DNA of 64,000 nucleotides from a virus: IMG/VR virus record IMGVR_UViG_3300050499_000294, positions 98 through 64,097 of that record; one strand, written 5' to 3'. Made by a program: the position numbers and the translations under genes. Each line of letters starts with the position of its first letter. Within the stretch, counting starts at the first letter, position 1. Positions 27,023-35,703 of the stretch are shown piece after piece. The notes under the pieces are model-generated. The model was not told the origin of the DNA. It ran no database searches and saw only the letters and a program-made list of their open reading frames with translations.

Positions 27023-27862
27023 CTACGTCATTGACACGTCAAAAGCCCCTATATCAAACTGAACTGTGTCAGATGCGTTTACAGTTTGATCGACAATCGA
27101 GGCATTATCATACCCAATAATATTCCCGGCTCCACTCGCGCTATCGATAATAAAGCAGCTCGTAATGGTGCCCCACGTCGCCGTCGGCGTCGTAAACGTG
27201 ATGGCGGCGACATTATCGAGCGCGCCGCCGCTGGCGTTGGTCCAGGTCGGCGCCGCCCCGCCGTTGATATTGACAAGTTTGCGGCTGTACCCGGTGGCCG
27301 CGGTGCTCACCTCCGTCACGTTCGCCTCGGTCGCCGCAGTATCGGCAATCGTCGCCGTCGCTAGGCCGATGTACGTGGCCGGCTTCGTATACGCCTGGTT
27401 ACGAAACATGCGATTCAGGAGCAGGTGCACACAGACATCGACAAAGCCCGCGCCTGATGAGGCGTTGAATTGGACCTGGAGTTCACCGCTGGGAATCGTG
27501 GGCGTATTCCCCGTGACCGGCGCAAAGGAGGCCGTAAACGAGCCATACGCCAGGACATTGCCCGCGCCATGCGTGTTGGTATCGACAATGGCCCAGTCCG
27601 TCACGGTGCCCCAGGCGCCCGAGGCCTGCGGAAAGGTCACGGCGCCGCTCTGAATGACGCGGCGGGTGGCGGCGGCGCCAAAGGTCACGGCCGTGCGCGC
27701 ATACCCGTTGGCATTGGTGACTTCGCTCATGCTCGCACCCGTGGACGTGTCGGTCAGCGTGCCGGTCGAGAGCGCCACATACACGGTCGCAACACTAGTA
27801 TAAGCAGTATTAAATATATGGTTCAATAAGGCATTTTCGGCATAGTCTGATAAGGACCCCAT
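27023..27862 (-). CDS. Tail protein made of two tandem copies of one domain
   Basis: LLNHIF...YVAL...EVT..GYAR...ITFP...WGTVT...D...GN.L occurs twice. Confidence 0.75.
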   Translation of the reverse strand: MGSLSDYAENALLNHIFNTAYTSVATVYVALSTGTLTDTSTGASMSEVTNANGYARTAVTFGAAATRRVIQSGAVTFPQASGAWGTVTDWAIVDTNTHGAGNVLAYGSFTASFAPVTGNTPTIPSGELQVQFNASSGAGFVDVCVHLLLNRMFRNQAYTKPATYIGLATATIADTAATEANVTEVSTAATGYSRKLVNINGGAAPTWTNASGGALDNVAAITFTTPTATWGTITSCFIIDSASGAGNIIGYDNASIVDQTVNASDTVQFDIGAFDVSMT

Positions 27863-27873
27863 CGCTTTGTCCT

Positions 27874-28281
27874 TTACAACGCCCGTGCACAGCGCACGTT
27901 AAAGAGCAGCACGGGCCGCTGAAAATCATCGGTGCGCAGCCAGTAGGGACTCTGGAGCGCCTGGAGCCAGAGATAAAACGTGCCACTGAGCGACGCATTC
28001 TGCACGCCGTCGAGCACGTCCCAGGCCGCCTGTGCTGCCGCCCGTGCCGCCGGATAGCCGTAGGGTGCCCCACGCGTGGCGACTTGCACCACGGGCTGCT
28101 CGTAGCGCGCCACCGGCACGTCATGGCTGCGCATGGGCGGCAACCCCGGCACTTCGATCAAGGCCAGAATGGGCGCCGTGTTCTCGATCGTATCGAGTGG
28201 GAACCCCCCCTTAAACAGCGTATTCCCCACGGCGCCCACGCCTTGACTCTGGAGATATGCGCCTAACTCGTCCAGCAGCAT
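27874..28281 (-). CDS. Tail terminator / minor capsid-type protein
   Basis: YEQPVVQVATRG...FNVRC; position after HK97 gp10-like gene. Confidence 0.7.
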   Translation of the reverse strand: MLLDELGAYLQSQGVGAVGNTLFKGGFPLDTIENTAPILALIEVPGLPPMRSHDVPVARYEQPVVQVATRGAPYGYPAARAAAQAAWDVLDGVQNASLSGTFYLWLQALQSPYWLRTDDFQRPVLLFNVRCARAL

Positions 28282-28284
28282 ACG

Positions 28285-28554
28285 CTACTCATCCTTCACA
28301 CTGCGGTAGACATGCGTTTCGGTCAGCGCCACGTCGGGCTGAATGAGCCCGTCCCGCACGTAAAAGGTGAGCGTCACGTCGCCGTGCATGCCCTTGCGCA
28401 GCAGCTCGCGCCATTGTTCCTCGAGTAACTGGAGGATGGTCCGCCGTTGCTGGACATTAAAGGGTCGCTCATACAGCACAGCTTTACGGGCGTCGGCCAG
28501 CTCAGGGAGCGGGTTGCCATAGCCGTCGTGGCGCATAAACTGGGGCATGCTCAC
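28285..28554 (-). CDS. Hypothetical protein
   Basis: Overlap-coupled to neighbours. Confidence 0.5.
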   Translation of the reverse strand: MSMPQFMRHDGYGNPLPELADARKAVLYERPFNVQQRRTILQLLEEQWRELLRKGMHGDVTLTFYVRDGLIQPDVALTETHVYRSVKDE

Positions 28555-28985
28555 CCTCGCAGGGCCGGGCCAATGATGGCGCCAAAGCGTTCGGCCATGC
28601 CGCCGGTCGCGGCGAAAAACGGCGATGAGAGATAATGCGCCTGTCCGCCGTTGGGATGGTTGAGCGTGGTATCTTCATGAATACGGATCGCATAGGGCGC
28701 GAGCCCATGGCCTCCCGACCGAATGATCATCTCCAAGACGGCCCCGCGCTCGACCGGCCCTTCCGTCATGCCGCTCGACACCAGCAACCCGGTATCAATA
28801 GGAGTAAGAAACCGACTCTCTTCCAGAATGCGATCGGCTTCCGTCATGAGGGCACGCGCCGCCCCATCCCGCGCCTGTGGCAGGAGCCGCTGCCAGGCTT
28901 GGCGCAGGGCCTCGATCCCTTCAAGCTCAATGGTGATCACACTATTGCCTCCCAATGGTCCTTCGCCCCTTGCGGCGTCTTCCAC
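28551..28985 (-). CDS. HK97 gp10-like head-tail joining protein
   Basis: TPIDTGLLVSS...YAIRIHE...GQAHYL motif. Confidence 0.8.
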   Translation of the reverse strand: MEDAARGEGPLGGNSVITIELEGIEALRQAWQRLLPQARDGAARALMTEADRILEESRFLTPIDTGLLVSSGMTEGPVERGAVLEMIIRSGGHGLAPYAIRIHEDTTLNHPNGGQAHYLSSPFFAATGGMAERFGAIIGPALRG

Positions 28986-29251
28986 AGATCAAGCCGCTCG
29001 ATGGCCGGGCTCGTGCCGTCTTCGAGCGTCAGTTTGTGGCGAATATCCAGCGCCACCGTGCCGTCAAAGAAGAGCAGCGCCCGGCTGACCCGCTCTTGCC
29101 CTTGCGCATTGGTAAAGACCTGTGTGCGGTATTCGACCCGGCAGGGCGTCGCCACAGGCGTGCCATACGTGGGCGCGCCATAGCCGTCCTGGCCCGTGTA
29201 GGGGGCTACCAGGACCGTATCCGTTAAGAAAGCGACGAGGGCGCTATGCAT
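28937..29251 (-). CDS. Head closure protein (SPP1 gp16-like)
   Basis: DGYGAPTYGTPVATPCRVE motif and position. Confidence 0.75.
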   Translation of the reverse strand: MHSALVAFLTDTVLVAPYTGQDGYGAPTYGTPVATPCRVEYRTQVFTNAQGQERVSRALLFFDGTVALDIRHKLTLEDGTSPAIERLDLWKTPQGAKDHWEAIV

Positions 29252-29258
29252 CGGCCCC

Positions 29259-29789
29259 TCATGTGCGCAGAATGGGAATAGCGATCATGCCCGCCATGAC
29301 GCCATAGCCTTTGAGCAACGCGCGGACCTCACTGGGGACGCTCGTTACCGGTGAGGCCCCCACGACGGGATTCGGGTTATCCTGGTACGTGATCGTCGTC
29401 CCGCCAATCTTCGTGGACTTAATCCCTGCCGTCTGCCCGCCGTTGGGCTGACTCAGCGTCGTATCGCCCAAGAGCGCCAGCGCATAGACCGCCGTTGCCT
29501 GCTCCAGCCGAACGGGAATGAGCAGCGGATCAATCGGCTGCCCGTAGCGATCCACCTGCCCCGTTTGCGGCCAGGCGAGGGCCTGCGTCGGTGTCGTGGG
29601 CGTGCCGTACCAGTGGACCAGGCTATCGAGCAGGCTCGTGGCCCACATCAGCGCCGGGGCCGCATCCCCACTCACCAGCGCAGCGTCCCACGCGTCGTGA
29701 TACGGGCGCTGCTGGAGGTACAGGGTCGCATCGGCTACAGTCACGTAACTGTTACTAGAAATACCACCTGGCGTCGCATCCAGCGCCAT
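29259..29789 (-). CDS. Head-tail adaptor (DnaT-like/gp15-like)
   Basis: NSYVTVADA...QALAWPQ...IP..LEQAT...KSTKIG; start trimmed to ATG 29789. Confidence 0.75.
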   Translation of the reverse strand: MALDATPGGISSNSYVTVADATLYLQQRPYHDAWDAALVSGDAAPALMWATSLLDSLVHWYGTPTTPTQALAWPQTGQVDRYGQPIDPLLIPVRLEQATAVYALALLGDTTLSQPNGGQTAGIKSTKIGGTTITYQDNPNPVVGASPVTSVPSEVRALLKGYGVMAGMIAIPILRT

Positions 29790-29985
29790 GACTAAGAGCC
29801 TCCCACTGTGGCCGAGCGCTTCCAGCGTATCCGCACACAGAAATGACCCAACTCCAGACTCCACACCACATACGGCGCCTCTTCCACGTCGAGACAATAC
29901 CACCAGCGCCAGTCTGACAGCTCAGGATACCAACCCCAGGACAGCCAGGGCGTGACGTGATGCGCCACGGCGTCTGCATCCTTCC

Positions 29986-30393
29986 CTATTCACTACGCCG
30001 CGAGGCAGGCGGCGTCGCCGGGGGCGTACTACTACTCGCGGTCGCCTGGTGGCTCCGCGTGGTACTGCGGGCGCTCGGACTCGCGGCCGGTGTCGGCGCC
30101 ATCACGACCACCTGCGCGCCTTCGGGCACGCCCGCGAGCAGCTCCGCCTGCTCATTCGCCTTGGCACGGGCCTCCTCGCGCTCCTCCTCGGTCTGGAGCT
30201 CAGGATGCGTGGCGCCCTGGCCGGTCCGGAAGCGGCTCATCGCCGAGGCGCGGGCCTCGGGCTCCACCTCCTTGCCGCCTGGCGGGACGGGCGTATAATC
30301 GCCCAGGCGCACGGCTTCGGCGGCATCGACGGTGTGCATGTAGGTGGGGGAGCCACCTTCTTTCTCGTACACAATAACTGGATTTTGCGGCAT
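29986..30393 (-). CDS. Hypothetical head-associated protein
   Basis: Co-oriented after the capsid decoration gene; low-complexity C-terminus. Confidence 0.55.
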   Translation of the reverse strand: MPQNPVIVYEKEGGSPTYMHTVDAAEAVRLGDYTPVPPGGKEVEPEARASAMSRFRTGQGATHPELQTEEEREEARAKANEQAELLAGVPEGAQVVVMAPTPAASPSARSTTRSHQATASSSTPPATPPASRRSE

Positions 30394-30423
30394 TTTATAC
30401 TACTCCTCTCAAATATATACCAG

Positions 30424-30852
30424 TTAGATAAATGTAAAAATATCCCCAACGTCCACCGCAAGGCCGTTATTATTACTTGTCTTAGTAATAAAAGATCCAG
30501 CGACTATGCCAGGCGTGGTCCCGCCGATGGCATAGTTGACGCGGATGAATTTACTATCATTGTCGAGCCCCTGCGCCACATTGCCCTGCATCGGAATATG
30601 CACTCGCCCTGCAGCCGTCGTCGGCGTAACGGTATAGGACGCTATGGTTGTATACGTTCCACCCACAAGGTCACTCACTTGCAAATTGAACGTATAGGTC
30701 CCAGTGGCAACGGTGCCGGACCAATGGAGCACCCAATCACACGTTGGGAGGGTACGGGGGTAGGCGAGAATGCCTGTTCCAGAGCCGTTGGCGGCAAGGG
30801 CAGCGCCAGGTGTCAGGAGCGAAAGCGCGGCGTCATAAACCGCAGTCGTCAT
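30424..30852 (-). CDS. Probable capsid cement/decoration protein (Bbp16-like)
   Basis: Follows the MCP; beta-rich; LQVSD...KFIRVNY motif. Confidence 0.6.
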   Translation of the reverse strand: MTTAVYDAALSLLTPGAALAANGSGTGILAYPRTLPTCDWVLHWSGTVATGTYTFNLQVSDLVGGTYTTIASYTVTPTTAAGRVHIPMQGNVAQGLDNDSKFIRVNYAIGGTTPGIVAGSFITKTSNNNGLAVDVGDIFTFI

Positions 30853-30911
30853 AGTACTATCTCCTTTAGAACCTTCTCGTGTGAGAGCATATGTTGTATA
30901 CTCTAGCGTTG

Positions 30912-30976
30912 GTTAGGTTGGAGGTCGCTCCTCCCGATAAAGTCCTGCGTGGTCCTTGTCCATGTGGGAGCCTAAC
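30912..30976 (+). promoter_or_regulatory. Three-way-junction RNA leader of HNH gene 3
   Basis: P1 GTTAGGTT/AGCCTAAC, P2 GGAGG/CCTCC, linker CGATAAAGT, P3 CCTGCGTGG/CCATGTGGG; TATACT at 30897. Confidence 0.5.
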
Positions 30977-31009
30977 TACCCCACTCTGACCATACAAGGA
31001 GGTCATTCC

Positions 31010-31894
31010 ATGCCTGCTCATCGTGTGCCCCGTGTCCAACTCCTCTGTGCCTACGAGCCATGTGCGAAGCCCTTTGAGGCCATGCCTGGCGAAGCCAAGC
31101 GTGGAGGAGTCCGGTATTGTTCGCCCACATGCCGAAGCTTGGCGAGACAGCAACCTCGCGTCTTTCCTCAAATGCTGGCCTGTGCCTATGCCCCATGCGG
31201 TCAAACCTTTGCCGTGATGCCGTGGCAAACCACCATCTGGAAATACTGCTCGACGGCGTGTTACCACGCAGCCCGGCTGACACAGAGCCACGAGGCCTTT
31301 GCGGCACGCTTCTGGAGTAAGGTCGACAAGACCCCTGGCTATGGCCCTCAAGGTCTCTGTTGGCTGTGGAGAGGCGCAACCCATGCGAACGGCTACGGGA
31401 ATTTTCGCGCCACACCCTACAAGGAAGGGAATGTGAGCGCGCACATCGTCAGCTGGTTCCTCAAAACAGGAGAATGGCCCCCAGAAGGCCTGTTTGTGCT
31501 CCATGCATGCGATGTCAAGGCATGCGTCAACAACGAAGCGTGCCTCTTTCTTGGTACGCACATAGAGAATGTGCAGGACATGATGAGCAAGGGGCGGGGA
31601 ATCATGCAGACAAACCCTGAGCGTGTCCATGCAGGGGTACGCCGATGGAATCTTGAGAATCCTACGCGCCCGCAGACAAGTGGCGATAGGAACGGTATGC
31701 GCTTGCATCCTGAGTCTATCCTGCGTGGCGACAACAGCCCCGTACACAAGATTACTGAGGCACAAGTCGAAGAGGCACGCAGGTTGTATGCAACTGGAGA
31801 GTGGACCCTGAGCCAATTGGGTTTGCGCTATGGGGTTACAGCTCCAGCTATTCGCTACCGCATACGTCTTCATAAGCAGCCTTCTAATGACTAG
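31010..31894 (+). CDS. HNH homing endonuclease (antisense insertion)
   Basis: VLHACDVKACVNNEACLFLGTHIEN; two N-terminal Zn-ribbons; C-terminal HTH. Confidence 0.9.
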   Translation: MPAHRVPRVQLLCAYEPCAKPFEAMPGEAKRGGVRYCSPTCRSLARQQPRVFPQMLACAYAPCGQTFAVMPWQTTIWKYCSTACYHAARLTQSHEAFAARFWSKVDKTPGYGPQGLCWLWRGATHANGYGNFRATPYKEGNVSAHIVSWFLKTGEWPPEGLFVLHACDVKACVNNEACLFLGTHIENVQDMMSKGRGIMQTNPERVHAGVRRWNLENPTRPQTSGDRNGMRLHPESILRGDNSPVHKITEAQVEEARRLYATGEWTLSQLGLRYGVTAPAIRYRIRLHKQPSND

Positions 31895-31899
31895 ATATA

Positions 31900-32835
31900 C
31901 TATACCACAACGGCTGCATCTTTTATGCCTCGTAGTCTTGCAACTGATCTACCATGGAATACTGCAATGGAGGCGAACCACTCGACCCTGGTCCTAAAGA
32001 CCGGTTTTGCTTCTAATTCTCCTAGGTCTCTTACGTCTAAAGGCCCATTTTGTATCCCTACTACGCCGCCGTCGCCAAACTGGACCGCATAAACGCTGGT
32101 ACTGGCGGCGGCGCCCCCGCCCGGATTCGCCTCGGTAAACGGCAGGATGTCGTTCCCAACATTATCTTCGCGGGCAATGAGGATCGGAATGCCGTTGTAG
32201 GCCATGACGCGCTGCCCGAACTGATTGGGGTCCCATGTAATGAACCCGCCCACCGCCGTATTGCGCGCTGCCTGCGCCAACCTGAGTGCCATCGTGTTGT
32301 TCATAATGAGGTAGTTAGGGTCATCGACCTTGCTGATCAGCGTATCGAGCTTGAACAAGGAGAGCGCATCCCCGCCCGACGTGGCCCCGGCATCGAGGAG
32401 TTGTGAACTCCCTGGCGGGATACGCCGTTGCAGCCCATCAAATTCTCGAGGGTCGGCTGAACTGTCACCTTTTATAAAAGCGAGGGTCCAGCGGTGGGCA
32501 AGGGCCTTGACCTTCAGACCCTCCTGCACGCTGCGTTGGTTGGCTCCCATCGTTCGCGTGATAAACCGGTCAACATCGAGGTCTCCGCCAGCAATGACAA
32601 GGGATTCCGTGATGGGGTTCAGCACTCCAACCGACTCCGTAAAACCTTCGTTCACTCCGCGAAATCCCACGCCGGGCAAAATATCCTCACGATTATACTT
32701 CAGCGCATTGCCAGCGATTCCTTCAAAAGGTAACACTCTGAGGATGTCAGAATTCCTCGCGTACATTTCCACAATTGCCGTGCGGGCGACATCGCCCGAA
32801 TTGAGCTTGGACGCTTCCACGATGGTCAGGGCCAT
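31900..32835 (-). CDS. Major capsid protein (BPP-1 Bbp17-like HK97 fold)
   Basis: ILRVLPFEGIAGNALKYNRE..LPGVGFRGVNEG; EFDGLQRR; RTRVEWF. Confidence 0.9.
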   Translation of the reverse strand: MALTIVEASKLNSGDVARTAIVEMYARNSDILRVLPFEGIAGNALKYNREDILPGVGFRGVNEGFTESVGVLNPITESLVIAGGDLDVDRFITRTMGANQRSVQEGLKVKALAHRWTLAFIKGDSSADPREFDGLQRRIPPGSSQLLDAGATSGGDALSLFKLDTLISKVDDPNYLIMNNTMALRLAQAARNTAVGGFITWDPNQFGQRVMAYNGIPILIAREDNVGNDILPFTEANPGGGAAASTSVYAVQFGDGGVVGIQNGPLDVRDLGELEAKPVFRTRVEWFASIAVFHGRSVARLRGIKDAAVVV

Positions 32836-32907
32836 AGGGATGTTTCCTCCACGGATGTGCCCTCGCCCTGCCTCAGCGCCCTGCCAGGAGGCTCGTCAGG
32901 GGAGGAG

Positions 32908-33687
32908 TTAGCGGGTTTGCGTCGCCTGCCACTCACGGAAGCGGGTCAGGCGTTCTGCCGGATTCGTGATACTGTTCCAGTCGATGCCCGCGCCATTGCC
33001 GCTATGACTTGCCGGGGCACCACCGCCGGACGACGGCGGCCACAGGTGCGGCGCCTGGCCACTGGCTTTGAGCGTGGTAATCCACTCGCTCGGATTCAGG
33101 GCATTGACGCCATCTTTGCCGTAAATCGTATCATCACCGTTTTTGGCGATCACATTCCCTTTATCGTCCAGGTCGGTGAACACGGACAGCCCGCGTTGTA
33201 CCGCATCGTCAACTGCTTTCTCATACACACCGTTTTTTGTGACCGCGTCAAGGAGTGCCGTTTTGATGCGGTCCTGGCGCCAGCGGCGATCCAGATCGGC
33301 GGCGGTCGTTTTCAGCTGATCATTCTCGCGTTTCAGGGTGCCTACCTGGCGTTCATGATCGGCCCGCATGCTGTCGGTACGTTTAGCGATGAGCACCTCG
33401 ATGCCTTGACGGTCGTAAATATCGGCATCGTCCAAGCCCTTGACGCGCTCTTGCATCTTCCGGTGTTCATCAGGATCGATGCCTTCATAGCGCGTCTTCA
33501 TATCTACGAGCTGCTTCTCGACTTCCCGACGTACCGTGCGCTCGGTCGTCAGGGCTTCTTGCAGCTTGGGAATGCCATCGAGTGAGGGTTCGGTCTGGAG
33601 AATCCATTTCCCCTCATGCTCGGCATAGAGTTCGCGGAAGCTGTCAGGAATCTCTCCCGCAGCCGTATACCATTGTTTCAGCGCCAT
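32908..33687 (-). CDS. Capsid scaffolding protein
   Basis: Coiled-coil protein upstream of the MCP; LYAEHEGKWIL, APHLWPPSSGGGA; start trimmed to MALKQWY. Confidence 0.8.
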   Translation of the reverse strand: MALKQWYTAAGEIPDSFRELYAEHEGKWILQTEPSLDGIPKLQEALTTERTVRREVEKQLVDMKTRYEGIDPDEHRKMQERVKGLDDADIYDRQGIEVLIAKRTDSMRADHERQVGTLKRENDQLKTTAADLDRRWRQDRIKTALLDAVTKNGVYEKAVDDAVQRGLSVFTDLDDKGNVIAKNGDDTIYGKDGVNALNPSEWITTLKASGQAPHLWPPSSGGGAPASHSGNGAGIDWNSITNPAERLTRFREWQATQTR

Positions 33688-33904
33688 ACAGCACCCTCTC
33701 GGTGTGTGTGGTTGGGCCGGCATCTCGCCAGCCATGGACCAAAGACCGCTGCATCTCACAGCGGGAGCGGGGCACCAAAAAAAGCGGCCTCCAGGAATCG
33801 TGTTCCCGAAGGCCGCTTGCGAGACAGAGGCGGATCTCACCCGAGGGCAAGAGCGAATTATGCGCTAAGGTTGTGGATAACTTGGGGAAAAGTCAAGAAA
33901 TATT

Positions 33905-34132
33905 TCACGGCTGGCGTTGTTCCAACGCACGCACCCGCTGCTCCAAGCTATTGAGCTGGTGCTGCAGTGGAAAAGGCTCGGGCACCGTAGCGGCACGGCG
34001 CAGGTCGTGGAGGGTGAGCCCCAGGATGGCCCCACACATGAAGATCGTGAAGAGCAAGATGCCCACCCAGATCCGATCCGCCAGGGGAGGGATCGCGTGG
34101 AGGACGCGGCGAGACCAGGGATCGGGGGGCAT
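33905..34132 (-). CDS. Small single-pass membrane protein
   Basis: IWVGILLFTIFMCGAILGLTL segment plus coiled coil. Confidence 0.55.
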   Translation of the reverse strand: MPPDPWSRRVLHAIPPLADRIWVGILLFTIFMCGAILGLTLHDLRRAATVPEPFPLQHQLNSLEQRVRALEQRQP

Positions 34133-34140
34133 AGGGGCTC

Positions 34141-34500
34141 CTAGTGCGATGTCTTGCGGAATTGGACGGTAGACCCATCCTCATAGGCTTGCATGATCGC
34201 CGGGATTTCCTCCGCCATCGCGCGGAGTTTCTTGTCGTCCCACTTCGGCCTGTGCACGTACGTGACCGTCACGTAGGGCACCTTCTGCGTCTGCTTCAAC
34301 GTCAGAATGGCGGGCTTAATGAGGGCTTGCAGGGTCTCCATCTGGAAGGTCAAGGCTGCGGTATGCTGGGCAAGCTCCCCTTCAAGACGGGTAATCTGTG
34401 TTTGGTATGGGGCGGCTATCTCCTGATACGTCTTGGAGAGGTGAGAAAGCTCCGCTAACCAGCCGCGTAGGTCTTCGAGGGTAGGGTCGGCCATACGCAT
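34141..34500 (-). CDS. Coiled-coil protein, Gam/Gp157-like
   Basis: Helical N-terminus then VTYVHRPKWDDKKL...STVQFR; family call tentative. Confidence 0.4.
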   Translation of the reverse strand: MRMADPTLEDLRGWLAELSHLSKTYQEIAAPYQTQITRLEGELAQHTAALTFQMETLQALIKPAILTLKQTQKVPYVTVTYVHRPKWDDKKLRAMAEEIPAIMQAYEDGSTVQFRKTSH

Positions 34501-34506
34501 TGCTCC

Positions 34507-35703
34507 TTAGACGGTAGGCCGTACGGCTACCTGAATAGATTTGACGGCATTCACCGCAAACCGTGCATGTTTGGCACCCGCCATAGCGACAGGGCTCATA
34601 CTGAGAAAATTGCGATTGAAGTTATAGAGCGTCGTCATGAGTTGCCAGCCTTCCTCTTCGAGCAAGCTCACGACTTTATAGCCAAGAGGTATATGCTGTT
34701 GCTTACGCAAGAGATCATCGGTCATGATGACCAAAATACCCTCAGGGGTGAGGCAGCGAGCAACTTGGTTGATAGCCGCTTTGAGGCCCTCCCGCCACTC
34801 TGCAAAGACATGCCCTAGCTCAGTATATTTGCCTTTCGCTATTGTCAGATAGGGGGGGTCGCAGATAGCGAGGTGGGCACATTGATCAGGAAACGGGAGA
34901 CTTATACGGGCATCGGCCTGTACAATCGCTGGATGCTGCGGGGCAATGTCCGCCATGAGGGCATAGCGTGGTCCGCTAAATTCTGCCTGCGTCACGTGCT
35001 GAAAATGGGTGTACCGCTTGAGAGTGGCTGCGAGGAGACCACCACCTGCGAAGGGATCAAGCACGGTATCGCCGGGATTGGAGAAGTAATGGATGAGGTT
35101 CGCATACAGGGCGGGATTGACCCCGCCTTCAAAGCCATCGAGGCGCTTATCGTCAGCGGCAAAGACCCAATGATTTGACACCTTGAGATCAAAGTCAGGG
35201 CGATACACGCCCTGTGCGGCATCGACACGGGCACGAATGGCACGCCGCAGTTCTGTCCGAAGAGGGCGAGTCTCTTCCGCCCAAGCGCGGACTTCTTCTT
35301 TTTCTGTACGTGGCAAATTACAGTTTGCCATGTGTCGATAGGCTTCATAGGGCAAGATATTATTGCCGGCAATAATATCTGGCCACGTTGCAAAGAGTTT
35401 GCGTGCATTAGCAAGAAACGAGGGCCGCACGGCAGGTTGCCGTTGCGTCTCCAGCCATGCTCGCAGGTCCATATTGGCCTTCTTGCTGATCTCATGCCGC
35501 GGTTTTCCATGCATCGCCGGATGGCGAAGTACTTCTTCGTCAAAGTCTCTCACTAATTGCGCTTTGTCCCAGCTCGTCGTCGCCTCGCGTGCTTCAATCG
35601 CAATGAAGGCTTGCCCATAGCGAGCAATAAGAGCTTCCCATGTTTCCTGGCTGGGGTCCTTTAGAGAAACGTCGACAAGATGTAATGCTGGAGCAGTGGC
35701 CAT
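34507..35703 (-). CDS. Amino-DNA methyltransferase (m6A/m4C) with helical N-terminal domain
   Basis: PGDTVLDPFAGGG (motif I) and ICDPPY (motif IV); TAATG-coupled to the ATPase. Confidence 0.85.
   Translation of the reverse strand: MATAPALHLVDVSLKDPSQETWEALIARYGQAFIAIEAREATTSWDKAQLVRDFDEEVLRHPAMHGKPRHEISKKANMDLRAWLETQRQPAVRPSFLANARKLFATWPDIIAGNNILPYEAYRHMANCNLPRTEKEEVRAWAEETRPLRTELRRAIRARVDAAQGVYRPDFDLKVSNHWVFAADDKRLDGFEGGVNPALYANLIHYFSNPGDTVLDPFAGGGLLAATLKRYTHFQHVTQAEFSGPRYALMADIAPQHPAIVQADARISLPFPDQCAHLAICDPPYLTIAKGKYTELGHVFAEWREGLKAAINQVARCLTPEGILVIMTDDLLRKQQHIPLGYKVVSLLEEEGWQLMTTLYNFNRNFLSMSPVAMAGAKHARFAVNAVKSIQVAVRPTV

Noticed and set aside
11815-31897. CTAG words at several HNH insertion junctions as target-site duplications
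   Set aside because: Explained by overlapping TAG stop codons; not present as true flanking duplications
32860-32907. CTGACGA plus hairpin on the minus strand upstream of the MCP
   Set aside because: Lacks the GAAA core and stem III; probably an ordinary intergenic hairpin
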